Shown one piece after another: positions 1 to 11,331 of a stretch of 28,199 bases of DNA. The position numbers were made by a program, and so were the translations under genes. The stretch is from Oopsacas minuta (Eukaryota; Animalia; Porifera): NCBI GenBank assembly GCA_024704765.1, contig JAKMXF010000090.1:1-28199 (forward strand). The letters run 5' to 3'. Under the pieces are notes generated by a model. It worked only from the letters and a program-made list of their open reading frames with translations. It was not told where the DNA came from and searched no databases. Every line of letters starts with the position of its first letter. Position 1 is the first letter of the stretch.

Positions 1-420
1 AGCCAGATCTTGCTTCGCTGCAGCATCCCGAGGTTGCGTTGTGTCCCGAAGATGAGGAATCTGTGTACATCGTCTGCACCAGAGTCGTAGAGTAAGAACG
101 GCTCTCCCTTGGCTGTCTGCTGGTATACAGTTAGTAAAGCTAGCTTTGCTAGAGTGGTAGGCTGTACTGGCGCTGCAAGTACACTAGAACGTTGGCGTTG
201 TATTGTCTGCTTCAGGCTGTCCAGCTTGGGTAATTTAGCAGCAGTACCCTCTGATGCTGTCAGCAAACTCTCGCCCACTATGTGGTGTGCGCTATCCTCT
301 TGATACCCACCTCCTCTTGCAGCAGCTCACAGCCTGCTGGTCAAGCGCATGAGTTTGTTCAATCGTGCGCTTTACAATCTCTGTACCTTTGGTGTGAAGT
401 CTTGCCCTTCATTTTCTTCT
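1..420 (-). pseudogene. MULE (Mutator-like) transposase N-terminal part, degraded, cut by the window edge
   Basis: Manual minus-strand translation gives K*RARLHTKG (FLYWCH-like end with a stop), then ...LPKLDSLKQTIQRQR...KGEPFLLYDSGADDVHRFLIFGTQRNLGMLQRSKIWL. This is the typical MULE segment just before the first catalytic DGTF. A stop and a frameshift are present. Confidence 0.75.
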
Positions 421-940
421 TAAATCCACTGCCATGCCCCCCATCTCTAATTCTCCTCCTCCTCCTCTCCAATGCAGCTACTAAGGATTAAGGACAGATG
501 TCAAAATGTGGTAGCTGGCTGACTAAAACCTCCAACAACTAAATGTATGTCTTTATATTTTGTAAAATCTATGTTTATCTACTAGTATGTGTTGTTAATA
601 TCCCAGTGGCATGTAATGTACAGTATTTGTTGATTAAACTATAGAAGACCGCAATCCGAAAATGCAGGGTTAAGGAAATTAAATCAATCGTGGATAATCC
701 ACGGATCAAATGTTTCGGGATATATGTATCACCCAAAAATTCAGGTGTGTTTCGTATACGGTATGTCATGTATACAAGATCAATACATTTCGAATATATC
801 CGAAGGTTGGTGCTGGAGTTATGAAGGTATACAGAAGTATCGTCAACTCCAGCGGCAATTGGCCTCGTCACGTCACCAGTTTATAGTAAGCGACCCTTGA
901 ATTTCAAGAAAATATTGCGGTCGTTTGGAATTTTGAAATA

Positions 941-1074
941 CAGTAAATGCTCTGACTAGGATGGATGAAACGTCGTAAAAATGTTTCATCATGAACAGTA
1001 TTATATTGCTCATGAAGAAATATTTGTAGGAATCCTAAAATAACTTTCATCTATCCTAGTCAGAGCATTTTACT
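941..1074. mobile_element. MITE with ~30-bp terminal inverted repeats (Tc1/mariner-like TA-CAGT end)
   Basis: AGTAAATGCTCTGACTAGGATGGATGAAA (942-970) is nearly the reverse complement of TTTCATCTATCCTAGTCAGAGCATTTTACT (1045-1074). The left end is preceded by TA-C. There is no ORF inside. Confidence 0.7.
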
Positions 1075-1329
1075 TATCTGGGAAACTATAAAAGTTTGAT
1101 CTTTGAAATTCATTATTGATACATTGAAATTCCTATATTATATCGAATCCTTATTGTTTCAAGAACAATTTAGGAGTAGTACTTACTCTAATTATAATTG
1201 ATGTTGAAATCGAGTACTTTATATATTTTCAACCCGTTAACTACTTTAAAATTTAATTTTAAATAATATTTAAAATTGACCAATCAAATAAGTACGACAT
1301 GTCTGTAGTGAAATATCGTGTAGCAAGAT

Positions 1330-1720
1330 GTCGGACTTCCTAGTTCTTCACATAACAATTTGATATAATTAAGTTGAAATTCTGAGGCTCGACTATTGAG
1401 TGATCATTCATGACACACAAACGAGTCATCCCACTTTGATGATAAGTAATTCAGAATATTCTGTGTCAATAATTTAGAGGGGACAACTACTTCAGGAATC
1501 CTTTCTTCCAAATGATCGAGTACTGAGAACGCACATCGTGTGTATTCAGTGAAGAAGTTGGTGATTTGAGTCCGCCTTTATTATGATCATCGAGGTATGC
1601 ACTGGATACAGGATCATTTGAGTGCTATTCTGCATGCTTCACACTCAATATTCTTCAGTAAAGAACGAGATACGATCCAATAAACGACAATGAGAGGCAT
1701 AGTTTAGCTTAGAGTGAAAA
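1330..1720 (-). pseudogene. Probable P-element/THAP9-type transposase C-terminal remnant
   Basis: Frameshifted minus-strand pieces FIGSYLV / LKNIECEACRIALK / SSAYLDDHNKGGLKSPTSSL resemble the YIAGY...CxxC...L..RGGL..PS signature of P-element transposase C-termini. Recognised by eye only. Confidence 0.45.
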
Positions 1721-1861
1721 TTCTCAGGTCAGCCAGGACAAATGCTATTGAAAATCAATATTCTGTGAAGTATAATGATGCAGACAAACACATATAAACA
1801 CATAATTTCCCCATCAATCATAATATATTAACGAATCTCGATTACCTTCCTTATTTTAGAT

Positions 1862-1900
1862 AAGGGGTCGGCAAACCTTTTAGGTTGAGGACTGCATTCA
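1862..1900 (+). mobile_element. hAT-like terminal sequence (orphan end)
   Basis: AAGGGGTCGGCAAACCTTTT resembles the CAGGGGTCGGCAAAC termini of hAT elements. I found no partner end. Confidence 0.3.
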
Positions 1901-2288
1901 CGATTTCAAGAATTTCATCGGGACATTAAATTTCAAAATTGTATCTCATCGTTGCAGGCCATAGAAAGCTGAAATTAATGCCATGTACAGTAAACTTTAG
2001 CTAAAAACGGAATGCTAGGTACCTCAGTTTAATTTCGTTATTTTCTTGTCTAACATGTTCTGACATTCTCCATTCCTTTAATGTGGAATATCTCACTGGA
2101 AAATATGATATTTTGAAATTTTACCTTATTTTCAATTGTATTTTTAACTCATGGTGACCAATATTAATAAATTATTAATCCAATGGTAGCATTTTAGTTA
2201 AATAGTCTTAAAATCAAGCTAAACTATTCAAATTCGACTCGTGATTGATTGTTTACAACTAATTTACTATAGACAAATATATTCATTA

Positions 2289-2504
2289 CCGTAAACTGGG
2301 GCTACTTTGGACCACTGGGTTTGCTTTAGCCCATATTTCAAAGCTCCAAAGAAACTAGATTGGATTCAGCATTGTACTTGAAAATAACTTTCCAAATTTT
2401 TAACGAATTTTCAAATATCGGTAGACAATTTCGAAGACAAATACAATATCTATTCAATAAGTAAGAAATTTCAATATTTGGGCCAAAGTAGCCCGAGTTT
2501 ACGG
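2289..2504. mobile_element. MITE with ~25-bp TIRs and TA target duplication (pogo/Tc1-mariner type)
   Basis: Left end TA|CCGTAAACTGGGGCTACTTTGGACC; right end GGCCAAAGTAGCCCGAGTTTACGG|TA. TA flanks both ends (2287-88, 2505-06). Confidence 0.78.
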
Positions 2505-2927
2505 TAACATACATTAAAGCTACTTGACTTTTTCACTGCCTAATCCTGAAAATCGTGTACAACAGGTTAAGCAATGATTGTGAGCTAATTGCTCTAAATG
2601 ATTAATTATAGATTTATGGCAGCAATTACGATTGTCTATGGTCTGAAGTGAAGCGGATAAAAAAAAGCAAAACCTTACTAAATGACATTCCAACTTAAGA
2701 CTAAATATTTTAAAGTTATTAACAACATCAGAACAACATATATAATCTCAACATAATAGAATTATCATGGGTATGGAGGGGGTAAAACTGTTGAAATGTT
2801 AATACTCCAATTTTCGGGGAAAATGTATTGATTTAATATATCGTAGTTAAACCAATCCATAAAGACTCGATATACATTCAAAATGGACATGGTATTTTGA
2901 ATGTGCAATTGCAATTTGACATTATCT

Positions 2928-4865
2928 TCAGTACTTACTCAACCTGTTATTCTTACATTGGCTACATATTAGAATAAGGCTCTTTAAATAATGGAGAGAG
3001 GAATCAATTGTTAAACATTTGAGACAGTATATATTTCCACAGAGTAGACATGGATATCTAGGATCCCCCTGGAAATATAGAAAATTATTACAATTACAAA
3101 AAATAGTATTAGAGAGACTCTGATGTAAAATAACAGGTAGATTCATTCTCAATCTAATCTGGCTAGACCTTACTTTATACACTTCCTCCAATTGTTTTAC
3201 AAAAGGAGGATTCCAAAGATTATTCAAACTTTCTAACTGATTGATCTCTTTTGTTAAATATATTATGTAATCGGCTAGCAGTTTGTTTTGTATATTTAAG
3301 CTGGAAAGTGTCTCAGCAGGAACTTCAGTCGGGTTTTTATAACAACAATACTGACAGTATAGTTTACTCCAGATTCTGAGATAGCATTGTTCTATACGGA
3401 TCTTTAAACACTTTACATTAGATGATCTAGCCTGATCGAAAGAAGGATTCCTGTAAATTTCTACATGAGAGTACAACTGCCCCCAAAGAGAGTTGGTACG
3501 AAATGGAAGAAATAGCTCAAAACGGTGTTTATCACTTTCCGAAATAAATGTCCCATATTTACAGCGATAAACTTCATTAGCTATAAATAATAGGAGGGAC
3601 TCCCCAAATTCGAAAAGAGTTGGAAATTGCACAATAATTTGCCAAACTGCATCCAAAAATTGTATGAAGATTGGTGAATAATCCTTAGTATCACCTTGGA
3701 TATGTGCGCAGCGTTTTGTGAAAGGATGACCAAATGATATCCAATCTTTTTCTATAAGGATGATGAATCCGTGGATTGTTCGATAAAAAGGTTCAACCAA
3801 TATCTGGGTTATGGAAGAGACCTGAGAAGTTCGGTCCCACCCGTCCGAACAGTGTACTAATACATTTGCCTTTTCGATTACTAATGCGTGTCCACACAAT
3901 TGAGAGGCCTCAAGAAGTTTCCTTATTAAGGATAACCATTCACAATTCTCTAATAGCGGAGATTGTTCATACTCCTTAAAGTCGTAACGGTGAAGTACTT
4001 CTTGAAAATTCTTGAAACTATCGCGTACAACATGTATGTTTGGAATGTGTCCCCAAACAAATTTAACATTTGGATAAAAATCCAAACACTCATAACCTTT
4101 GCCAGCGGCCCTCTGAGCAATAGCATTAATAGTGGGTCGAAGGTCAACTACATACATATATGAACAATTATCATTGCAATCTCGAATGCAACGAATTAGC
4201 TCCTCATCTTGTATACTACGTTTTGAAATAAACCTTAAAGGTTGACTACTCCTGCAAAGAGCTGTTCCATAGAGGTCATGAAAATATGTAAGGGTAGGGA
4301 GTCTGGCCTTAGAACGAAACCCTGCACTTTCGTGGATCAAATTTCGAATTATTGCTTCTTTTGGAAAGCTAAGGTACCGAGGATAAGTCTCGCATAATTC
4401 GAATCCCAAATTCAGATAAGAGATAGTCCAATGTCTGGTAGGTAGGCCCATACGAGCAAATTCAGACAAGGCTTCATAAGTATTCCAACCAATTTTAGGG
4501 GTAGTAAAGTCAAGCTTAAATTGCGGGCAAGAACTAAAAGCACTAAGTTCTTCAATGTTTCTAGGGTATACGAAATGTCTAAGTGTTTCGTAGAAAGATT
4601 GAGAATCTTGTTCGCTGGAAAATAATATCAGTAAAGAACGAAAATTCTTACATTTTATAGAGAGAGGAATACCTTTATGTGAGAGTTGGAGACGGACAAA
4701 ATCTAGAATGAATGAATATTCAATCCAAAGTTCATTATCATTAAAATCCTCTGAGAATATAATATGAGTAGTTGTTAAGGCTAATCTACCAGGTATATAT
4801 TTAAGTTTTTCATAAGGTGAAGAAATAAACACGCCATCAACACGTGAAATCTTGATAAATTCCAT
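2928..4865 (-). CDS. MTMR6/7/8: Myotubularin-related phosphoinositide 3-phosphatase (MTMR6/7/8 subfamily), 645 aa, single exon
   Basis: The N-terminus MEFIKISRVDGV resembles MTMR6/7, followed by a PH-GRAM region. Myotubularin motifs CETYP, FRSKARLP and LCRSSQP are present, the catalytic VHCSDGWDRT is intact, and IEKDWISFGHPF and SPIFIQFLDAVWQ follow. It ends with a coiled-coil-like segment and a Cys-rich FYVE-like domain. Confidence 0.95.
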   Translation of the reverse strand: MEFIKISRVDGVFISSPYEKLKYIPGRLALTTTHIIFSEDFNDNELWIEYSFILDFVRLQLSHKGIPLSIKCKNFRSLLILFSSEQDSQSFYETLRHFVYPRNIEELSAFSSCPQFKLDFTTPKIGWNTYEALSEFARMGLPTRHWTISYLNLGFELCETYPRYLSFPKEAIIRNLIHESAGFRSKARLPTLTYFHDLYGTALCRSSQPLRFISKRSIQDEELIRCIRDCNDNCSYMYVVDLRPTINAIAQRAAGKGYECLDFYPNVKFVWGHIPNIHVVRDSFKNFQEVLHRYDFKEYEQSPLLENCEWLSLIRKLLEASQLCGHALVIEKANVLVHCSDGWDRTSQVSSITQILVEPFYRTIHGFIILIEKDWISFGHPFTKRCAHIQGDTKDYSPIFIQFLDAVWQIIVQFPTLFEFGESLLLFIANEVYRCKYGTFISESDKHRFELFLPFRTNSLWGQLYSHVEIYRNPSFDQARSSNVKCLKIRIEQCYLRIWSKLYCQYCCYKNPTEVPAETLSSLNIQNKLLADYIIYLTKEINQLESLNNLWNPPFVKQLEEVYKVRSSQIRLRMNLPVILHQSLSNTIFCNCNNFLYFQGDPRYPCLLCGNIYCLKCLTIDSSLHYLKSLILICSQCKNNRLSKY

Positions 4866-6272
4866 ATATCGAAACTAATGAATAAATTATCCAATAAAAG
4901 TTAGATAAACTATATAACAATGAATTGATAATCGTAATAAAATCGGATACATATATAATTTAAGAGATATTCTTTAGAATTGTCCAAGGGTAATTGCCAT
5001 CCATTTAATGTGGACGGAATTGTAACAAATTAGGGTTCGCATATAATTATTTAGAAGGGAGTGTTTTAACTTTTTGGAAAGCATAGCCATGCCCAAACTG
5101 AATTGAATAGTAGACTAGATTAGTCGGAAGATACCTCAATTAAAATAGATAGAGTCATTAAAAGGAATATGGCATCGAGTTTCACACTGACTTTAATATC
5201 ACTAGCGCGCTTCGCTTGCTAGGAAAGCTGCGCAACAGCTAAGTGCCTCAGGTTATCGTAAGTATTAAATAGCTAAATATCTTGATTGTTTGGGTCGCTG
5301 CACGATCTGCTATTATATCGGCACTACGTGCCTCGAGCAAAACTTTTGGTAATAATTTATACATGGTCAATCCAATTTCCATTTAATTGCCTTCTGTCAT
5401 AATATTGCATGTCTTACGTGCTTAGGTTGGGAATTTTGGCACTTGTGGTTCTAAGATAATAAATTTCTCAAAACATTGAAATTCAGGAAATTTGGTCCAT
5501 TTGTACAGTAATGATGACGTCACAATGTCCGATTTTCTACACAATTTGGTGAAAAATGATGTCCATTCATGGCTGGAGATGTGAAAAACTAGAATTGTGT
5601 AGTTTAGGGGTGGTTTATCTCGGTCAATAAAATACTGAAAATCGCTTCAATCGATGATAAGTATCATACCAGCGCCGACACCAACTATTTTCGCTAATTT
5701 CTCCTAAACTATACAAGAATGGTTATCGAATAATGTTATTCACTGACATGAACCCCAAACTACTGAATATCAAAGTTTTCAGAAATCTAGACATGATGGA
5801 ACTACATTTTTCATCAAAATTGGACCAAAACAGGACCAAAAGCACAAAAATAGGGAAAATTGCAAAAAATATATTGTGGTACTACTAAATCTTCATGGAT
5901 TTCAATAAATTGTACATGATGAATCAATGACTCATACATAACATAAAAAGTAGTAAGTGAGGTTTATTGTTTTACGAAAGGGGCAACTGATGCGCCTTGT
6001 TTGTTTATACATGTATACAATACATAAATATACAGTCTGTTACATAATTATTTAAAATGGAGATGTTTTGTTACAAAACCTCAGTACTTTGTCTTATTTC
6101 ACTCAGGCTACTTGCGTTTCGCATGTCCATAATGGTTTAATGATATATTTTGCTAAATTCCCTGAACCAAGTCATCTTATTTTTCCGGAAATTTTACTCT
6201 TTAATATTAATTATGACCTCCATTACTATTAATTACCCTAATTATTTCCCTACTTGACAATTAGCTCTGAAA

Positions 6273-7244
6273 ATGACTCAATACAATGAGAGGGAAATTG
6301 TGAAGACACTTCTACAATCCAGAAAGCTTTTGCCCAGGAAATATCTGTTAATTATGGAATTTCCTTAGGTACAGTTTACAATGTTAAACGCCGATTAGAT
6401 GAAGGAGTACCGCTATCTCACCAAAAGGGCGTAGGGAGGCCCAATAGCTTGCGATCTTCCATCAAATTGTCTATTCTTTACCAGGTATGATGTAAACCAT
6501 ACCTCTCTTTGCGAACATTAGCAAGTCGTACAGGTAATAAGGCTTCTTATCAGACTGTCCGGAGAGTATGAAGGACGAATTTTACAACAAATCTTACCCT
6601 GTTCAGATGTCTATGCTGAGTGAAAAAATCGCATGTACAGGATAGAATGGGCAAAAAAGTACAAATACCCGAAGACACAATGGGCCCAAACAATATTTCT
6701 TGACGAGATGTCAATCTGGCTCTCAAGGGGAAGATTAAGGATGTGGACAAAATCCAACAAAAAAAGGATCGCCCCAACAACGAAGCATGTCATAAAGATA
6801 CACGTGTGGGCTGCATTCTCATCTATGGGTACATTCACATTGTGCGTTATGACTAACAATATAAACAGTGAAACGTTTTTAGATATAATGGAAGGATATT
6901 TGATTACTCAGTCACAGGTATATCATGAAAGTCACTGGCGATTACTGATGGATAATGATCCAAAACACACCTCGCAAAAGGTCCGCACCTGGTTGGCACA
7001 AAATGTACCAAATCAGATTCCATGGCCTTCACAAAGTCCAGATCTTAACCTCATTGAAAATTTATTCCCATGGGTGAAGCAAGAGATACTTAAGCTAGGT
7101 CCAAGGACAATTCCAAAACTGAAACTCAATTTAGAAGGGGTCTGGAATCGTATTCAACCAGATTTTCTCAAACCTTACTGGAAATCAATGCCCAGAAGAT
7201 GCCAACTAGTAGTAGAGGGGAACGGATATCCTATTAATTATTAA
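6273..7244 (+). pseudogene. Tc1-family DD34E transposase, frameshifted N-terminus
   Basis: ORF 6633-7244 has IFLDE, VWAAFS, LMDNDPKH and WPSQSPDLNLIENL, with 34 residues between the second D and the E. The HTH region starting at ATG 6273 (MTQYNEREIV...GRP) is broken by frameshifts and stops. TIRs were not resolved. Confidence 0.9.
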
Positions 7245-7738
7245 GATCTATTACTTCACTCTCAATTTGGAGCATATATGGCAATGTATACTGTAACTCT
7301 AATAATTTTCGGCTTAAGTAGCTATTCTAAATAAATAAGTATGTCCAAATTGATCGAAGAACCTGGAACACCCCATGGCTGAAGTGCACTATGGCTGATC
7401 CTAACTACCAATAACTCATGTAATTACCAAATAGGTAATATATTTGATATGAAACATCTAAAGATTATTGCGCAATCTTGATATGACTATAAATGGGCAT
7501 ATTCAGGATTACTGCACAAATGTTCGAGATATAATTTCAATAAGTATCATCTGGGATAGGATGTTGGGTAGGTATTACAAATCAGTTAGCATGATTTGAC
7601 TATAATTGTAACAATTATAGAGTCCTAAGTGAATATTGACATACAAGGGAAATACATCATTTTAGCGATAACCCAAGAACTAGCAAACTATATAATGACA
7701 TTGTAATTTTATGTCAATCAATAAATAAGTTATATGTA

Positions 7739-9079
7739 CAGTATTTTCAGAAATTATTGAAAGTATTTTTAATTAAGTAGATCAATTGGTTGTTAATATG
7801 TATTGAATTGTTCATATATCATGGGGTAAGATTAGCTTAGTTACCACATAAGATACAGTCAAATGAATCAAACAGCTTAATATTAAATTTTCCTACGCAT
7901 ATTCTTTAGGCATTCTGAAATTCTCTGGTCCATTGATAGGCAAAAATGTCTCAAAAAATAGGATCAAACGTTTCCTATATCTCTAAAATCGCTTCCCTTA
8001 GTTCACCAACCGTTCTAATAGAACGCTTTAATAGTCTCTTCTATAAAACTGTCCAAACATTCTCTATTGGTGCCAAATCAGGGCTGTTAGGGGGCCAATC
8101 AATATATTCGGGAACAAAATCCATCTTCCAGGCCTTTGTCGCCTTCCCTTGTGTACTGGACTATTGTCGTCTTGTAGTACCCATTCATCTTCGAATAGTG
8201 CGTTTGCTTGTGTTATTAGTTGTCCATTTAGTGTGCCAATGTAACCCATCTGATTGAAATTTTCCGTAAAAATTGAGAGCGGCATTGCCCTAGAAATTCC
8301 ATCCCATAAATGAAATTTTGGTGGCTGTTTGAATAATGGGAGGAAATAGGCTGTCCAGTTTTTGTCCATACTTTTACTGTATCAGAATCAAGCTACACTG
8401 AGCACTCGTTGGTAAAGACCGATGGGCTCCAATCGAATCCCTTCATGCTCTTGCACCATGCATTTCTCTTGGCCAAAATGATCGTCGATTATGGCTGTGA
8501 CTCTAACAACTGATGAGTAATGAAGGTTCCGCCGCTTCATCTCAGTATGTAAAGTCCTCATTGCAACTTCCGCTGTCAATTTTGGGACTATTTCGCTCAG
8601 TGTTATCCTGGGATGAGCCTTGACCAAATTTACAATCCTCCTTTTGTCATTTGCTCGAATTTTCCTAGGCCTTTCTGCTCCACTTCCATTTTGAATGCTC
8701 AAATTGATATATTTTCTTGAGTACCCGGTACACAGTTCGCTCTGGAATCTTATTTTTCCTGGAGATATTACTTGCTTGAGTTATCCGGCTTCATATAATG
8801 TTTCAATCTTGTTTCTCTGCATTTCTTGGAATTTCATTCTGAGAAAGGAAATTTTGATAGATGTCGGAAGTCAGAATAGGGGGACTAAAACCGCATTGCA
8901 ATAATATGGTATCCAATACAATACATTTTCAAAAATTTCACGATGTGAAATGTAATCTTATTGGTATCCAATTTTTTCTCCAAATTGTGGTTGAACAGTA
9001 ATCAATTCGAATAAATAGCTGCTGATATTTAGCTCCAAACAGTCTATTAAATTACTGACAATAAGTTCTGAAAATACTG
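7739..9079 (-). mobile_element. Full-length degenerate Tc1 element with TIRs and TA TSD
   Basis: TIRs CAGTATTTTCAGAAATTATTG (from 7739) and the reverse complement CAGTATTTTCAGAACTTATTG (ending 9079) match 20/21. TA flanks both ends (7737-38, 9080-81). Confidence 0.88.
7878..8837 (-). pseudogene. Tc1 transposase pseudogene
   Basis: Pieces read MKFQEMQRNKIETLY / KIPERTVYRVLKK / GAERPRKIRANDKRRI / VFTNECSV (first catalytic D changed to N) / WVLQDDNSPVH / PDLAPIENVW. There are multiple frameshifts and stops. Confidence 0.88.
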
Positions 9080-9439
9080 TACATACAGCTGAAACCGTAT
9101 TCCTGACCAATTCTGTGCAGAGAATATTGTCAGGAAAAATCGATTACTTATACTATGAAATTCCTATGAAAACAATTTTGGACCAAAATATGGTAAAAAA
9201 TCCAATAATTTACTTTGATGGAGATTGTAGGACAATGACTGCTTAGAGACATCGAACATTCTAGATAAATCCCCCAGGGTTTTGGGCTCAGTGGCCGTGG
9301 TTAGTGGAGAAAGACCTTAAGATACTTCTCGGGTACTGAGACGCTTCTCGTTTGCGGAGGGCATTGTTAGGTCAGAAAACAAATTCTGTTCAGAAAATAT
9401 CCAATTACGTCATTCTCATGATAATTGTAGTCGCTGGTG

Positions 9440-10035
9440 CCCATACTATGTTAATCTCGTAGAAATTGGCATCACCGGTTACCACATTCTGTCGAGATAA
9501 TTTGTCAAAAGGTGTTGACCAGTGATATCAGTTTCTATTAACTAGCCAGTGTCAGAACCAGTTTCCCCAACTTCCATGGTTATCACACTTCCTAAGTTCG
9601 TGAGGATTGGGTTCACTGTTGATACCAGCCAGAAAGCCACATATTAAGGTAGGTAGTGAGTCAGTTATGATCGTACTGCTTGGTGTTACAGGTAACTAAA
9701 CTCAGTGAAGTTCATTGAAATTTGCATCACTGTTCGACCAGCTCCTATGTTCATAGAAATTGGAGAACCACTGCTAGTACAGCTGGTGACAACACTACTT
9801 CAAGTTAGTTGAAATTGGGATTACCTGTTACCACACTCCGTCAAGATCCTATCTTGACGGAATGTGGTAATAGATGATGCTCATTTCCACGAGCATTAAG
9901 TACTAGTGTAGCTAGTGACTCTAATCTCTATGAATTTCACCGAGTGTAGTAACCAGTCCATTTCAACCAACTTGACTTAGTGGTGTGACTAATTGTTTCA
10001 GATGTCGATGAATATACGAGTGAGTCTAACATTGC
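9440..10035 (-). pseudogene. Decayed repeat-protein coding remnant (VVT-G/S-D/N-P/A-NF motif)
   Basis: An imperfect nucleotide motif recurs near 9463, 9605, 9718, 9758 and 9812. On the minus strand it translates to VVTGDANFYEINIV, VVTGNPNFN*LEVV and SDANFNEL. There are many stops and the family is not identified. Confidence 0.35.
9828..9870. repeat. Near-perfect inverted repeat (20-bp arms, 3-nt loop)
   Basis: TTACCACACTCCGTCAAGAT-CCT-ATCTTGACGGAATGTGGTAA; 19 of 20 positions pair. Confidence 0.9.
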
Positions 10036-10832
10036 AACAAGTGTTTTGATCGATGAGGGAGGTTACTTTGGAGGGGGGAGTTACGTTCTGAATCCTGTAT
10101 CTAAATCAAACTTTCACCTACTGACAAATTAGGTTAAATGAAAATTCATTTATTTTGTGGGCGAAATTGATTGAAAATATTGCCATTAATACTTCCAGAC
10201 ATCCGGGCATCTGTGCGAGGCACATCAGCCGGAATTGTGTAATTTGTGAATGCTTTTGGATTCCACTGTTCCTGTGTTTCTAGGAATATTCATTAGAAAA
10301 GCTCTGAGGTCAGATTTGAAATGCTTGGAAATTGTGGAAGATGGAGTGTTTGAGTGGGTCCTGGAACAATTTTCGGACAAAGGTCTGTCCCAAACTTTTA
10401 GAAAATATGTGTGTGAGTTTGTTTTGAGCACAATTATGTCATTTTTAGCCTGTTTCCGGGCAAAAACTGTTACACATTTGTTTACATTCAGTGCAATGTG
10501 AGATTGAATCAATAATTATTAGAGACAAGGAAACAACAAATAGTCAAGGTTTTTGTTCTTTGGGACTTTTGCAAATTTGTTTAACTAGAAAGCATGTGAT
10601 TGTAGAATCTGAAAGCGCTTTACCAAGTGTCAACTTCCTGCAGAAGACACTCGATTAGATACATGTTTGTCTTGAAGTTATATTAGTAACATTTTCAATC
10701 CATTTCGCCCTCTAAATCCTCAACGAAATATCATTTGGCAAAATAATTCAGGATTTGAACAGTACCTCCTCCTATAATGTACCCTATCTCTACGATAAAA
10801 AAATCTATTAAACTGTCAGACCCACTCGTATA

Positions 10833-10865
10833 CACAGTACCTTAAAATGGGAGTTAGCAAAGAAT
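10833..10865 (+). repeat. Copy 1 3' end signal: heptamer CACAGTA + 17-bp spacer + GCAAAGAAT
   Basis: Read directly: CACAGTA (10833-39), CCTTAAAATGGGAGTTA (10840-56), GCAAAGAAT (10857-65). Confidence 0.88.
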
Positions 10866-11331
10866 GGGTATTTTCATTTGAAATAGACATATACAGTGTA
10901 TTATCAGTATATAGGTTATTATATGCTAGGAATCATTTGGTGCATTCAAAATTTTTATAAGGTTTCTATATCTCATATTCTGACGTCATAGCTTTATGCT
11001 GAATTTTGTTTTTCTTTAATATCTGACTGTATAACAATTTTAGCCCTATAAATTCTATTATTTGGCTATAGTATATCATATCCATGGAACCAATTACAAC
11101 TGTTAGAAATACAAAATTACTCATAATTTTTATAAAATGACGTCATACACATGTTTTTCATAATTTTTACTTTTCTACTTCATACTTTTAAATGCGTTTT
11201 TAGAATTTAATAATATCTTTTTTGCTAATATATATCAATTCTGACAATTTCTGAATAAAAACAATAAGCAATGATATTAAGGGATGCTTTGTTTTTATTA
11301 TTCATTCACTAATATTCTGTAAACTACGTTG

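Noticed and set aside
575-871. 98-aa minus-strand ORF
   Set aside because: Non-ATG start and no recognisable motif.
3776-4163. Small ORFs overlapping the MTMR gene
   Set aside because: Shadow frames of the real CDS.
5200-5340. Short GC-rich hairpins (CTAGCGCGCTTCGCTTGCTAG; GGCACTACGTGCC) as Helitron-like termini
   Set aside because: The stems are short and no matching element boundary or Rep/helicase remnant was found.
10225-10512. Overlapping 83-aa and 95-aa ORFs
   Set aside because: No recognisable domain and no convincing start or splice context; they cannot be supported as genes.
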